64,000 bases of DNA from Dudresnaya verticillata. Lineage: Eukaryota. The DNA lies in the NCBI GenBank assembly GCA_977862235.1, contig OZ374559.1, forward strand, positions 1 through 64,000, in the 5' to 3' direction. A model generated the notes under the pieces. It saw only the letters and a list, made by a program, of their open reading frames with translations. It searched no databases and was not told the origin of the DNA. Each line of letters starts with the position of its first letter. Positions within the stretch are counted from its first letter, which is position 1. Positions 1-11,186 of the stretch are shown piece after piece. The position numbers and the translations under genes were made by a program.

Positions 1-1448
1 CCTAAACCCCTAAACCCCTAAAACCCCTAAACCCCTAAACCCCTAAACCCCTAAACCCCTAAACCCCTAAAACCTAAAACCCCTAAACCCCTAAACCCCT
101 AAACCCCTAAACCCCTAAACCCCTAAACCCCTAAACCCCTAAACCCCTAAACCCCTAAACCCCTAAACCCCTAAACCCCTAAACCCCTAAACCCCTAAAC
201 CCCTAAACCCCTAAACCCCTAAAACCCCTAAACCCCTAAACCCCTAAACCCCTAAACCCCTAAAACCCCTAAAAACCCCTAAACCCCTAAACCCCTAAAC
301 CCCTAAAAACCCCTAAAACCCCTAAACCCCTAAAACCCCTAAACCCCTAAACCCCTAAACCCCTAAACCCCTAAAACCCCTAAACCCCTAAACCCCTAAA
401 CCCCTAAACCCCTAAACCCCTAAACCCCTAAACCCCTAAACCCCTAAACCCCTAAACCCCTAAACCCCTAAACCCCTAAACCCCTAAACCCCTAAACCCC
501 TAAACCCCTAAACCCCTAAACCCCTAAACCCCTAAACCCCTAAACCCCTAAACCCCTAAACCCCTAAACCCCTAAACCCCTAAACCCCTAAACCCCTAAA
601 CCCCTAAACCCCTAAACCCCTAAACCCCTAAACCCCTAAACCCCTAAACCCCTAAACCCCTAAACCCCTAAACCCCTAAACCCCTAAACCCCTAAACCCC
701 TAAACCCCTAAACCCCTAAACCCCTAAACCCCTAAAACCCCTAAACCCCTAAACCCCTAAACCCCTAAACCCCTAAACCCCTAAACCCCTAAACCCCTAA
801 ACCCCTAAAACCCCTAAACCCCTAAACCCCTAAACCCCTAAACCCCTAAACCCCTAAACCCCTAAAACCCTAAACCCCTAAACCCCTAAAACCCCTAAAC
901 CCCTAAACCCCTAAACCCCTAAACCCCTAAACCCCTAAACCCCTAAAAACCCCTAAACCCCTAAACCCCTAAACCCCTAAACCCCTAAACCCCTAAACCC
1001 CTAAAAACCCCTAAAACCCCTAAACCCCTAAAACCCCTAAACCCCTAAAACCCCTAAACCCCTAAACCCCTAAACCCCTAAACCCCTAAACCCCTAAACC
1101 CCTAAACCCCTAAAACCCCTAAACCCCTAAACCCCTAAACCCCTAAACCCCTAAAACCCCTAAACCCCTAAACCCCTAAACCCCTAAACCCCTAAACCCC
1201 TAAACCCCTAAACCCCTAAAACCCCTAAACCTCTAAACCCCTAAACCCCTAAACCCCTAAACCCCTAAACCCCTAAAACCCCTAAACCCCTAAACCCCTA
1301 AAACCCCTAAAACCCCTAAACCCCTAAACCCCTAAACCCCTAAACCCCTAAAACCCCTAAAACCCCTAAACCCCTAAAACCCCTAAACCCCTAAAACCCC
1401 TAAACCCCTAAACCCCTAAACCCCTAAACCCCTAAAAACCCCTAAACC
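1..1448 (+). repeat. Telomeric repeat array (CCCCTAAA)n = (TTTAGGGG)n; chromosome end
   Basis: Continuous 8-bp tandem repeat from base 1, with occasional CCCCTAAAA/AAAAA variants. The C-rich strand lies at the 5' end, as expected for a left chromosome end. Confidence 0.98.
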
Positions 1449-1915
1449 GCTGTGTGACGCTTGCATACTTCCATGGTGATGTGCAGCTCTTGCAAATTTG
1501 TAATCATTGCACATTGCGGCAGCGCTGTGTAAGGCTTGCATGCTTCCATGCTGATGTTCAGCTCTTGCAAATTTGCATATTTCGATGGTGATGTGCAGCT
1601 CTTGCAAATTTGTAATCGTTGTACATTGCGGCAGCGCTGTGTGAGGCCTGTATGCCTTTGCATATTTTCGACATCTGTATCCGTTCGACGCATTGGTAAT
1701 TCCATGCAATGCTGCAAAATAGCGTCTCCTGCGGCTCGCCGAAGAGCTGTACAACTATTGCAAGTTTGCATTCGTTGTTGTGCAGCTCCTCGTGCGCCCC
1801 GGTAGTGATGTGCAGTGCTTGTAAATTTGCAATCGTTGCACATTGCGGTGTAGTTGTGCAACTCCTCTGAATTTGTAGTGTTCGTCCCCTGCTGTAGTGA
1901 TGTAGTATCCATTGC
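1449..1915. repeat. Telomere-adjacent degenerate satellite (~40-75 bp units) built on GTGATGTGCAGCTCTTGCAAATTTG
   Basis: The motif recurs at ~1477, 1551, 1588, 1806 and 1855, interleaved with CACATTGCGGCAGCGCTGTGT. Confidence 0.85.
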
Positions 1916-1955
1916 AGTATGCCTATTCCACGCTTTACTTCACTATTCCAACTCC

Positions 1956-4900
1956 TCACGATATCTCTACGGATTGATTGCTACCAAGGGCTTCCGGGTA
2001 CTCGTCGCTACTCTCAGCATTTCTACCCCTGCCTCCTTCCCGTTGTTGCCGCTCACCCGTCGAGAGCTTGCGGCCCGTCTTTCTCGTACGGGAAGACTCA
2101 TCCCCAGATTCCTCCTCGGCGCTACGCTTTTGCAGCGAAGCGTTATTCACACTCTTAGACACTTGAGGAACCACCTGACTCATCACTTGCTCATGTACAA
2201 CCTCGACTTCCTCGAATAGCTCGTCCGACTTGGGTGGGTCCGACGCTATACTCTCCACGTCTACTGGTCTCCTGAATAATTCCTTGACCTGCTCCAATCG
2301 CTCCTCCAAAGGTATACTTGGGTCCGCGAGTTCGGGCCGGTCGTGGCAAACCTCCATGCTGCAGGTCACGACCATGGCAATGGCCTCCTCCTGCTTCTCT
2401 TTAGACATTCCCAGAATCTCCTTCGTCCTCCCCATCACGACGCTTCCGAGAGTGTTGCTTTTGGTCTTGCACCAGGGGGCGTTTCGGGACCCACCACGGC
2501 CCGACACTTCGCGGCCCGACCTTCCACCGCCCGACCCGCCACCTCCAGTACCTCCACCACCACCGCCTCTTGATTTACGACGCCTAACAGCTTTTCGTGA
2601 CGTCAGCTCCTGCGCCGACGCGTCTCCAGGTCTCGTGGCCTGGCGAACAGGGAGACTGTTCGCCAGGGGCACGTCCACTTCGAGCCCATCCTCGGTCATG
2701 TCCGTGTCCAGAAATTCCAGCATGCATGGTTTCATCTCCGGGTCAATTTCCGTAGAGCGAATGCTGATTATATTCATCTGAATTGAATCCCCCATCCCAC
2801 CATTCGCCACCTTGAAGGAGTACAGGCATCGGGCTATCCTGCTGGGTATCCCCAGGTTTACCCATGCATCTTCGAAGAACTCATATCGTCCGGCAGCGCT
2901 TTCTATTGCCCGGTACACGTCGAAGTCAAATTTGGACCCACCTAGACGCGCCCTGTCCGTTGGTTCCGTGCGCATCCCGCTTTCCGGAGACCCCGCCCAC
3001 AAGTCCACATCGTACTTCTCAGTGAATAACAAGTCGCGCAGTATCTTTTGCAGGTCCGGAAGAGCCATTGCAATTATGCAGCACATGTCTTCACTCCTGC
3101 GTTTCATTTTTTTCAAAGCCATCCTCTCCGTCAAGACGCGACGAATACAATCGTGTGGCCTGCTCATGTCGTACGTACGGTTTTCCAACTGCTCCTGAGT
3201 CGGTTTCCGATGCCATGAGTTGACTGTAAACCATTGAAAGGTCTCCGAGGTTGTTCGTGGCAGCTTGGCCTTGCAATCACCTGCGAGTAGTATGCAGTTC
3301 ACAGAGCGAAGACCTAGAAGCCCGTTGCATAGCTTGGTTGCAGCCGTTGCAGCACGTGCCCCGAGCATCCCGGCCTCCCTCAAGACTGAAGACAGGCCAC
3401 CATATCCTGAAGACCGTGTGTATACCTTCTCCGACTGCTCATCAACAAGGAACTTAGTTCTGCTGGTGCTTGTCTTCGCAACGTTGTACCCCCCGATCAA
3501 TTTCTTCTCCGTTCTATCGCTCAAGCATTCCACCTCGTATCGATCAAGACGGTTCACTGCTGCCAGCATTGCCACGCCGTGGAATTCGCTTATTATCAAC
3601 CTGCGTTCCCCCTCAGTAATGTTGTACAGCGATACCTCCTCCAGGCTGTAGTTGTAGGCACTTCCACGGACAAGCACGCGTCTCCCTGACGGTTGGGTCA
3701 TGGGCCCGAAAAGGGTTGTTAAACTCTTGTTGAACAGTACCTTCATGTAACGGTACTTTTCCGCGTCATACGGAAGCGCGTATACAATCGGAGATCCACC
3801 GCTGCTCACAGAAGCATCTCGCTTGTCCAGTACCTCCAAGGCCCAAGTGCTAGCCAGGTCATCGCGTATCAGTTCGCTATCCGACTTACAAGCTTGACAG
3901 ACATGCACGATGCGGTTGCGTCTGATCTCCACGCATCCGCAGATAAACAGAAAGTCTGTCGCTTCCTTCGCGAGGTTCAGGAAAGATTCTCGGTCTTGCT
4001 TCTTCCCTTCCCCTTCCAATCCGGACATTTCCTGTCCCGGGTGTTCTGCTATATTGCGCCCCAGGGATTCACTCGGCGTTGAAGCTTTCCCTTCCGGCTC
4101 TACTCTCCGGCGACTTCGGGGCTGTGACGTTTCAGGAGTGGCATCACTTCCGGTTCTCTTCCTCTTCCCCTTCTTCTGGTTGTTCGGCGCAGACTCCCCG
4201 ATTGCCGAACGGGCCACAACACCATACCGCTCCCCAGCCACTGTCCCACCTCGGAGGTATGTCTGAGGGCTCGGTTCTATCAGCGTCCCCAAGCAACTAT
4301 TGTACTCCTTACAAAACTCTTTCCTCCATGGCCTGATCGGGCCACAAGGTCCAGCACTCTTAGTCAGACCGCCAGGATGCCGCGGTAAACAGGCTCCCCC
4401 ATGCTCTTCCGGGCCCGTTTCCCCTGTCTTCACAGTGACTGCTGTCGGCTGGCTGGCAGAGTTGGTAGAACGGGTCGCAGGATTACCAATGTGCAAGTCT
4501 CGTAAATTTTCAACAGCTTCACACTCGTCGATCCTAGACGACCCAGTGCCTTCTTCACCTGCCCTGCCCACATCCCGTGTCGATGTAGTAGCGCCAATCC
4601 CCTCGTCTGATGCTCCCGGGCCATGCGCATTTTGCTCCTCATTACGTTCTTCCGCGATTTTCGCTACAATCGATTGCTGCAGCCCATCGAAGCGACTCTC
4701 CTCCTCGTTTGCTGTTGATGGAATATGAACTCTTGACGGCAGTTGCCTGACTGTCCCGGTACGTAGACGTGCACAAGCCAACGCCATCTGAACAGGTGTG
4801 GTGGTCCCGATATGCGCTGTAGCCTCGTTGAGCACGTTGGCAACTCCCGTTATGACCCCTTCAATGAACGCCGCCGCTTCCAAGATATTTTCGCGGTTGC

Positions 4901-6650
4901 GCCTAAGACCCTCAAGTTGCTGCTGCGGTATGACCATGACAGAGACACGGGATTTCATGTTCTGAACACCGAGGAGAGCTGCCGCTGAAAGACGGACATT
5001 TCCATCGTTAATCCCAAGTACAGCGTTGGCCGGAAGCTTCGGGTCAGAGCCACTCGTATCGAGCCACTTTTCTGGCAGAATCGGGCGGCAGCCCTTGCGA
5101 TACCGGTACAAATAAACGGGGCCCGTAAAATCCTGCCCGGGGCTCGGTTCCTCCGCAATTTGAATACGCTCCACGTACATATCGGGAATATGTACCCCAA
5201 GGGCATCTGCTGTAATCATCAGGGTGGATTGGCCCAGGCCCTCAAACCATCTCGGGATACCATCACCGCCTCTCAGAAGCGATTGCTGTACCGATCGGAT
5301 GTTGCTATGGGTTGCGATGCGGATGTTGGACACAGGGGTTGCCACAGGCCACAGAACACCATCACCGTCGTTTGGGTACACGCTGTGTCCAATGTGCTGG
5401 TGATATGTAGCAGTCATCTCCGAGTTTGGCTTCTGCACAACCCTCCAAGTGTCCAGAAATTCCAGTAGAATAGACGGATGTGGTAGCTTCGGGGCACTCA
5501 CTTTTCCGTCTGCATCACGGGGTCTCGGCAATGTAACCATTCCATCCGATACATCAATTCCGGCATAGAGCGGAGCGGGGCGGCGCAATCCGGTCATCCC
5601 TGGCAAATAACCCCCACCTCGAACCGGCGTGCGATTGTCAACAGGGACAGGCGCTGAACGTATTCCAGTGCTCTGTCGTGGACGCACGCCTAGAGAAACA
5701 CCTTCCTTCCGCCCTCCTGTACCCCCGAGTGACAAAGCCTCCCCACGGGTTCGTTTTGCCTTCCCCTTTCGAGCCTGTGCATGGTTTATCCTCGTGCTGC
5801 GACGCGACGAGGGTGCAGCACTGATCTCGTCCGATTCCACTCCGGCTTCGGAATCGGCGTTCTCGTCTGGCTTGCAAGGCGAATCACTCTCATCCTCAAC
5901 TTCTGCAGGGGTGTCCGCCTGGCGTCCAATTGCGTCCGATTGAGGGGTATTCTTCTGGGCTCCACCGTTCACGCCAGCAGCCGGGGGTAGTGCAGGATCG
6001 TTGGGGACAGCAGAGTGAGGCGGAGGCGTCGCTCCCTTTGCACTTTGGTCCTCTCGTTGACAGTCCGTGCCCTTCTTTTTCGCAGTTGCAGCATCCTTTT
6101 CCGCAGTTGCAACTTCCGTAGCCAACCGCTTTTGCCTCGTTTTTAAGGACGAATCACCCGGTGCAGATGTGGGATTTTCCGGTGTCTCACGTGCTGCCAT
6201 TTCGTCGACAGGGGGGTCTGAGACTTCCTTCGCGGGCTCCGACGGAGTCAATACGCTCGGGGTTCCCGTTTTCTTGCCGCTGGAGTTGATAGCTGCAACA
6301 TCATCGCCAGTACTCTTAGTAGCGGGACCTGATCGAGCGGCACCCGTCTTGCTACCACCTTCGCTGCCTTGCCCGGTGAGGCTGGAGGGAACGCCGCTTC
6401 CTTTCACAACAGGAGACGATGTAGGAGTCGGTTTCCCTGTCTCTGAGTGTCCAGGGGGCCCACTTGGCACTGCTTCTGCACTACCCGCACTCGGTTGAGG
6501 CCTTGCCCCATCCTTCACATCACCAATTGGCTGATTAACCTCCATATCAGCCGTGCTACCGTTGTCTCCACGACCGGCACCCTTCTTTCGACCCCTGGTC
6601 GCATTACGCCCTCTCCGAGCCTTTGCTGCACCTCTTTTCGGGCTCACCAT
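1956..6650 (-). CDS. Large intronless hypothetical protein (~1564 aa): low-complexity N-terminus and a possible ParB/Srx-like motif (GINDGNVRLSAAALLG)
   Basis: Uninterrupted 4.7-kb ORF. The first ATG outside the satellite is at 6650 (MVSPKRG); the track start at 6749 lies inside the repeat. DGxxR followed by LxAAxxLG resembles the ParB DGxHRL motif, but His is replaced by Val. Confidence 0.8.
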   Translation of the reverse strand: MVSPKRGAAKARRGRNATRGRKKGAGRGDNGSTADMEVNQPIGDVKDGARPQPSAGSAEAVPSGPPGHSETGKPTPTSSPVVKGSGVPSSLTGQGSEGGSKTGAARSGPATKSTGDDVAAINSSGKKTGTPSVLTPSEPAKEVSDPPVDEMAARETPENPTSAPGDSSLKTRQKRLATEVATAEKDAATAKKKGTDCQREDQSAKGATPPPHSAVPNDPALPPAAGVNGGAQKNTPQSDAIGRQADTPAEVEDESDSPCKPDENADSEAGVESDEISAAPSSRRSTRINHAQARKGKAKRTRGEALSLGGTGGRKEGVSLGVRPRQSTGIRSAPVPVDNRTPVRGGGYLPGMTGLRRPAPLYAGIDVSDGMVTLPRPRDADGKVSAPKLPHPSILLEFLDTWRVVQKPNSEMTATYHQHIGHSVYPNDGDGVLWPVATPVSNIRIATHSNIRSVQQSLLRGGDGIPRWFEGLGQSTLMITADALGVHIPDMYVERIQIAEEPSPGQDFTGPVYLYRYRKGCRPILPEKWLDTSGSDPKLPANAVLGINDGNVRLSAAALLGVQNMKSRVSVMVIPQQQLEGLRRNRENILEAAAFIEGVITGVANVLNEATAHIGTTTPVQMALACARLRTGTVRQLPSRVHIPSTANEEESRFDGLQQSIVAKIAEERNEEQNAHGPGASDEGIGATTSTRDVGRAGEEGTGSSRIDECEAVENLRDLHIGNPATRSTNSASQPTAVTVKTGETGPEEHGGACLPRHPGGLTKSAGPCGPIRPWRKEFCKEYNSCLGTLIEPSPQTYLRGGTVAGERYGVVARSAIGESAPNNQKKGKRKRTGSDATPETSQPRSRRRVEPEGKASTPSESLGRNIAEHPGQEMSGLEGEGKKQDRESFLNLAKEATDFLFICGCVEIRRNRIVHVCQACKSDSELIRDDLASTWALEVLDKRDASVSSGGSPIVYALPYDAEKYRYMKVLFNKSLTTLFGPMTQPSGRRVLVRGSAYNYSLEEVSLYNITEGERRLIISEFHGVAMLAAVNRLDRYEVECLSDRTEKKLIGGYNVAKTSTSRTKFLVDEQSEKVYTRSSGYGGLSSVLREAGMLGARAATAATKLCNGLLGLRSVNCILLAGDCKAKLPRTTSETFQWFTVNSWHRKPTQEQLENRTYDMSRPHDCIRRVLTERMALKKMKRRSEDMCCIIAMALPDLQKILRDLLFTEKYDVDLWAGSPESGMRTEPTDRARLGGSKFDFDVYRAIESAAGRYEFFEDAWVNLGIPSRIARCLYSFKVANGGMGDSIQMNIISIRSTEIDPEMKPCMLEFLDTDMTEDGLEVDVPLANSLPVRQATRPGDASAQELTSRKAVRRRKSRGGGGGGTGGGGSGGGRSGREVSGRGGSRNAPWCKTKSNTLGSVVMGRTKEILGMSKEKQEEAIAMVVTCSMEVCHDRPELADPSIPLEERLEQVKELFRRPVDVESIASDPPKSDELFEEVEVVHEQVMSQVVPQVSKSVNNASLQKRSAEEESGDESSRTRKTGRKLSTGERQQREGGRGRNAESSDEYPEALGSNQSVEIS

Positions 6651-6679
6651 CGCTTCACTGTCAGTAGAGCTACCTTTTT

Positions 6680-7150
6680 CAAATTTGCGATTAAACAGTA
6701 TCAAGAGTTGTGCACCTCTTGAAAATTTGGAACGACTGCACAGTATCAAGAGTTGTGCAGCGTTTGAAAATTTGCGACGACTGCACAGTACCTAGAAGGT
6801 ACGTAGTGTGCAACGCTTGAAAATTTCCAACGGTTGCACGGTATCAAGAGTTGTGCACCTCTTGAAAATTTGCAACGACTGCACAGTGTCAAGAGTTGTG
6901 CAGCGTTTGAAAATTTGGAACGACTGCACAGTACCTAGAAGGTACGTTGTGTGCAACGCTTGAAAATTTCCAACGGTTGCACGGTATCAAGATTTGTGCA
7001 GCGTTTGAAAATTTGCGACGACTGCACAGTATCAAGAGTTGTGCAGCGTTTGAAAATTTGCGACGACTGCACAGTACCTAGAGGGTACGCAGTGTGCAAC
7101 GCTTGAAAATTTCCAACGACTGCACAGTCAAAATTTGCAGCGACTGCACA
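6680..7150. repeat. Tandem satellite of ~45-52 bp units (CACAGTATCAAGAGTTGTGCAGCGTTTGAAAATTTGCGACGACTG)
   Basis: About 9 imperfect tandem units immediately upstream of the 1564-aa ORF. Shares the TGTGCAxxxxTTGAAAATTT core with the other satellites. Confidence 0.92.
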
Positions 7151-8796
7151 GTCCCGGATTTGCGAACTTCTCAGCAACTTGTAAGTCGCTCTTCTCCCCC
7201 GTCGACGTGAGAGGCGGAGCCAACGGCCACGGGAGAATAGACTTCTAGCTAGATTGAGCGGATTGCGCGGGCTGATGGCGGCGTCGCGATCGATGCGAGA
7301 TGACGCCGATCGTTAGCGGCGGCGGCAGCGCGAGCCGAGGGGTCCACAGAACGCGGCAGCAACTCTCCTCGAGCGAAGATGTTGGCGGGCGGCGGCGAGG
7401 TCCACGAGGCAGCCCGAGCGCGGAACAACGCTTCGGTTCCAACGGCGGTAGCGGCGGCAGCAAAAGAGCGCTGTGTAGAAGTAGACGGGAAGGCGCGGTC
7501 CAGGGCGCAGCAAACAGCAAGACACAGGAAACGGCGGCTCCAACTGCACAGACGGCGGGTGGCAGCAGGGCGGTGCCGCGAGGAAAGCGCAACGCGGGCG
7601 GGCAACGTCAAACGCTGTAGACGGAGAGGGTAGCGACGGTGGTGCGGCAGAGCGCTAGGGGCGAGCGTGGTGGATGCGGTGTTGCAGGGGCTGCGGGGGG
7701 CTGCAGGGGTAGCGGGTCGATAGCGATTGCGCTCGGGTGGGAAAACCCCTATATGCCCCTGCCGTTGCGCGATTTTTTTTAAGGGCTGCGCCCATGTCGG
7801 TGGAAGGCAACTGTGGCGCCAAATCATCACATACTTGGCACCCTGCTATTCGTTACTTTTCCCGTTTCCACATACAACTGTGATTTATTTTCACAGACAA
7901 GCGGGAAAGTTCGTAAAATGCAAGCTTGTGGATGACACCGGCTGACTCCCCGTGCACACGCCGGCATTGGGCGGCGGTACACACTACACTGCTCATACAT
8001 CCACTACTGCATACTATGGGGTCCGAGCCTCCGGCACCCAATGTAGTGCTGGCCGAACTCGCTCCACCGCCGATCGAGACAGGTCGCAAGCGCGCGGTAA
8101 GGACGCTCAAGGCCTCGCGCCCCACTTCGAAGTCGCGCAAACGAAGCAAGAAGGCGAAGATAATGGGTGTAACTTTTTGCACCGTGGTATTCGTAGCATC
8201 TTTCGGTTGCAACGGCGCCGGGGAACGGAACGTGGTCAGCAACTCGTACATATTGACCCTTCTACGCACCCCCCACCATTGCTGACTGCTGCAAACAAAC
8301 ACTTCATATCAACTGCTTTGCAATTAGTTCCACAGTTTCCTTGCCCCTCTGCTGCTGAGGGCATTACGAAGAGGCCCCAGTAGGTTGAGAGCACGGAATG
8401 CCGCTTTTCTGTGCCTACTCGCAGATTCAACGCGATCAGCACACCTGAGACTCAGACGCACCTCCCAGCCGCTAACGAAAGTTTTTGTGTAACGAGTCGG
8501 TCCCTGGTTTGCAAATGAGGGGCCGCACATAGTGGAGACACTCAGCTTGTGCTCCGCAGTACAGACGTCTGCTCCCATTCTGTTAGAGTCTCGCACTATT
8601 CTGTTGGATGTTTGGAAGCTACTCGCGTATTCTACAGCATGGTCAAAGTGCTGTGCTTTTTGGTCGTGAATAGGGTCTCGGTGATACATTGTACAAACGG
8701 AAGTGTGGGGTGATGGACAATGACGCGCGCAGAAATGTGCCCACGAATTCCTCAACAAGGGCCGATCTTGAGCTCACAAGTGTTTAATAGTGCTGC

Positions 8797-9219
8797 CTGC
8801 TACATGACAGCGACTTCCCGGTGTGTTTGAAAGAGGTAAACTTCCACCAAACCCGGTTGGAGAAGCACGGCCTACCGGTGTCGATCAAGTTTGTGGACAT
8901 TGAGTCACCGTCTTACAAGGCTGAGGAGTACGGCGGGATCGACTACGAAACGACCATGGGGCGCATCCGCGGTATCAGAGGCGATGATACAGTAGTACTG
9001 GGCGTGCCCATGTTCCGGGAGGCGTACGATGCAGCCGGGCTGGTGTGGGTATACAGTGCGACGACGATTCCGCCCATCGGGGCGGCCGCGGATGCCGTAT
9101 ACAATGTGTGGGTGGGCTGGCAGTTGCAGCTCACTGGACGACCACCACTTGAACAGGTCCTGCAGATGCGGCGCGAGGCGGTGGAGAAGAGCTGCGGTGA
9201 GAAGGGTGATGGCAGCTAG
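8797..9219 (+). pseudogene. DCC1-like thiol-disulfide oxidoreductase (DUF393) fragment, probably a pseudogene
   Basis: Translation LLHDSDFPVCLKEVNF...IKFVDI...GIDYETTMGRI...LTGRPPLEQVL matches the plant/algal DCC1 pattern LYDGDCPLCxxEVN...IKFVDI...GLDY...TGRP. The first Cys of DxxCxxC is Phe. There is an in-frame TAG at 8788 and no start ATG; this could alternatively be a last exon. Confidence 0.8.
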
Positions 9220-9944
9220 TAGTTGAAAATTTGGTGAAGAGCTAGATCCCTTGTAGGTTGACGTACGTTTGCAGCGTTGGCTTGACGCGGGCGCGGTGAA
9301 GTGAGCTCCGAGACGGCGGCTCGAGCGGCGAAGCGAGCGAGACGGGTTTGGCTGTAGGTATGGCGAAGCCCCGCGGATGCGGGATGGATAATGTTGTGCA
9401 GCTGTTGCACATCCACGGTTGCATCATGCCGAGTGCACAATGAAATTTGGATGCTTTGCGTTATGATCACTGGCAGAGGACTTCATAGGACGTTGGCGGG
9501 TCTAGTGCTGTTGTGCCACTCCATGCAGCGTAAGGGGCTCGGAAACACCAAGTTTCATGCATGGAGACGAGCTACACCAGACGAAAATCGTTCTGCACAG
9601 GGCGGGGCGGTATACTTAGTCCGAGTCGTAGGCGGAGGCTGCGCGTCCAGCACACGACAGCGCGCAAGCAATGCTCAGACGCCATCTACGGCGCTCCCAT
9701 CGTCGCCAGTGTCACCCTCATCCAAAACGAACGGCTGTGGGTTCTCCCAGTCGCTCTCAAACACGCGCTCGACAAAGGGGTGCGAAACAGGGTTTCGCCC
9801 GTGCGGAATGTCGACAACGCAGTGTGCGGGCGTTGCGGAGGCCGTGAGGGTGAAGAATGTTATGGCCCAGGCGAGTTTCGTGGCCAGCAGGAAGCCAGGC
9901 AGAGCGGAGACGAGGATGCGCGGAGAGTACGCGGCGTCCGACCC

Positions 9945-9956
9945 AAACCCCTAAAC
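9945..9956 (+). repeat. Interstitial telomeric motif AAACCCCTAAAC
   Basis: 12-bp exact match to the terminal repeat, in the same polarity as the telomere, at a change from GC-rich to more AT-rich sequence. Confidence 0.6.
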
Positions 9957-10341
9957 GTCATGCATACTACATTGTTCCGTACACTTTGCAGATATTTTGT
10001 AGCGGTAAATACACATGGTAGCCTGTTCAGTGAGATCAGGGTGTACAAGCTTCGCGGCAAGCGTACGGACTACGCATTGTACCATAGTACATGGCTACGT
10101 TATACTGGGGCGAAATGTTTGCAGGCTAGTGTGTACGCCCATTTCATTGCCCGCTGGGCATTGCGGTCAGCCCGCGTGGTGTTCTTGTCTTGTCCTGTAG
10201 CTTGGGCGCTATTTCAATTTCAAAAGTACGCGTAATACAAGTTTCCTTGCGCGGATAAAAGACCCTTTCACCTCGGCTTTACATTACTTCCCAATTGCCT
10301 GTGCCACCAAACAAGCAGTCCTGAGCCTTAAAACAGCATCA

Positions 10342-11186
10342 TCAAGTGTTGCGTCGGCCATATTTACCCCCGTTGACAGCAAATCTGGCATATGTCAAAA
10401 CTCTGACAAAATGGCACTGTGCAGACTGATGCAATGGGTAAACCTGCCCGCAGCTCTGCATGGCGTCGCTGTCCCCGTCTGTCTGTTGCTGGGAACGAAC
10501 CAGATAGAACGAGAGACGCCCGCACATTGGCAAACATGGGTGCAACAGTAGCCAGTGATTTACCGGCCTCGGCTGCCTTGCGCTTGATGACAGCAGCCCC
10601 AGTCTGACCAGGGCATCCAGCACAGCGGCGGTAGCGGCTGAATTCTCCAACGCAACGTACAACCGCTTGGCAGGTGCAAGCGCGGCCAGAATGTCAGCCT
10701 CGGTGATCTGTGTGGCGACTGTGAGCGAGGTTAGCGTGGGTTGTAGCTCCATTGCGACGAGAGGGTACTATCCACAGGGGCAGCAGACCTGGTGCCCGGC
10801 GTCGATAGGGTGGTATCGCAGGAGGTAGGCGAGCAGAGCATGCAGTCGGAGGATGGTGGAGTCTAGGCGCTCGAGGAACGGGCCCAGATTCGCGTTCAGG
10901 GCTACTTCTTCCCGGAAGTGAGCGTGGAAATAGTCGGCTACGTAAAGCGCGAGGTCGAACGGGATGTTTAGATCGGCTATGTCGCTCGGTTGTGGAAAAT
11001 GGGATAGGCGTTTTGCGGTCTCCTTGGAAGAGGGCGTGGCTGGGAGCGACGGATGCTGCGACTTGTCGAACGCTTGTACAGACATCTTTCACGGCGTTGT
11101 TGCCCTGCAATTTGCATCATAGGATTTGCGATGTTCTGGTAAAAAGGCGGAAGAAATGTTTCCGTCAATACTACTGCATAACGCAA
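10342..11186 (-). pseudogene. Possible decayed coding fragment, family not recognised
   Basis: Adjacent short minus-strand ORFs in different frames give protein-like helical sequence (DLNIPFDLALYVADYFHAHF..., ITEADILAALAPAKRLYVALE). No family motif was recognised. Confidence 0.3.

Noticed and set aside
1416..1959. Short ORFs with LQELH/CKFARAA repeats (also 6935-7177 and 15439-16716)
   Set aside because: These are translations of satellite DNA, open in several frames and on both strands.
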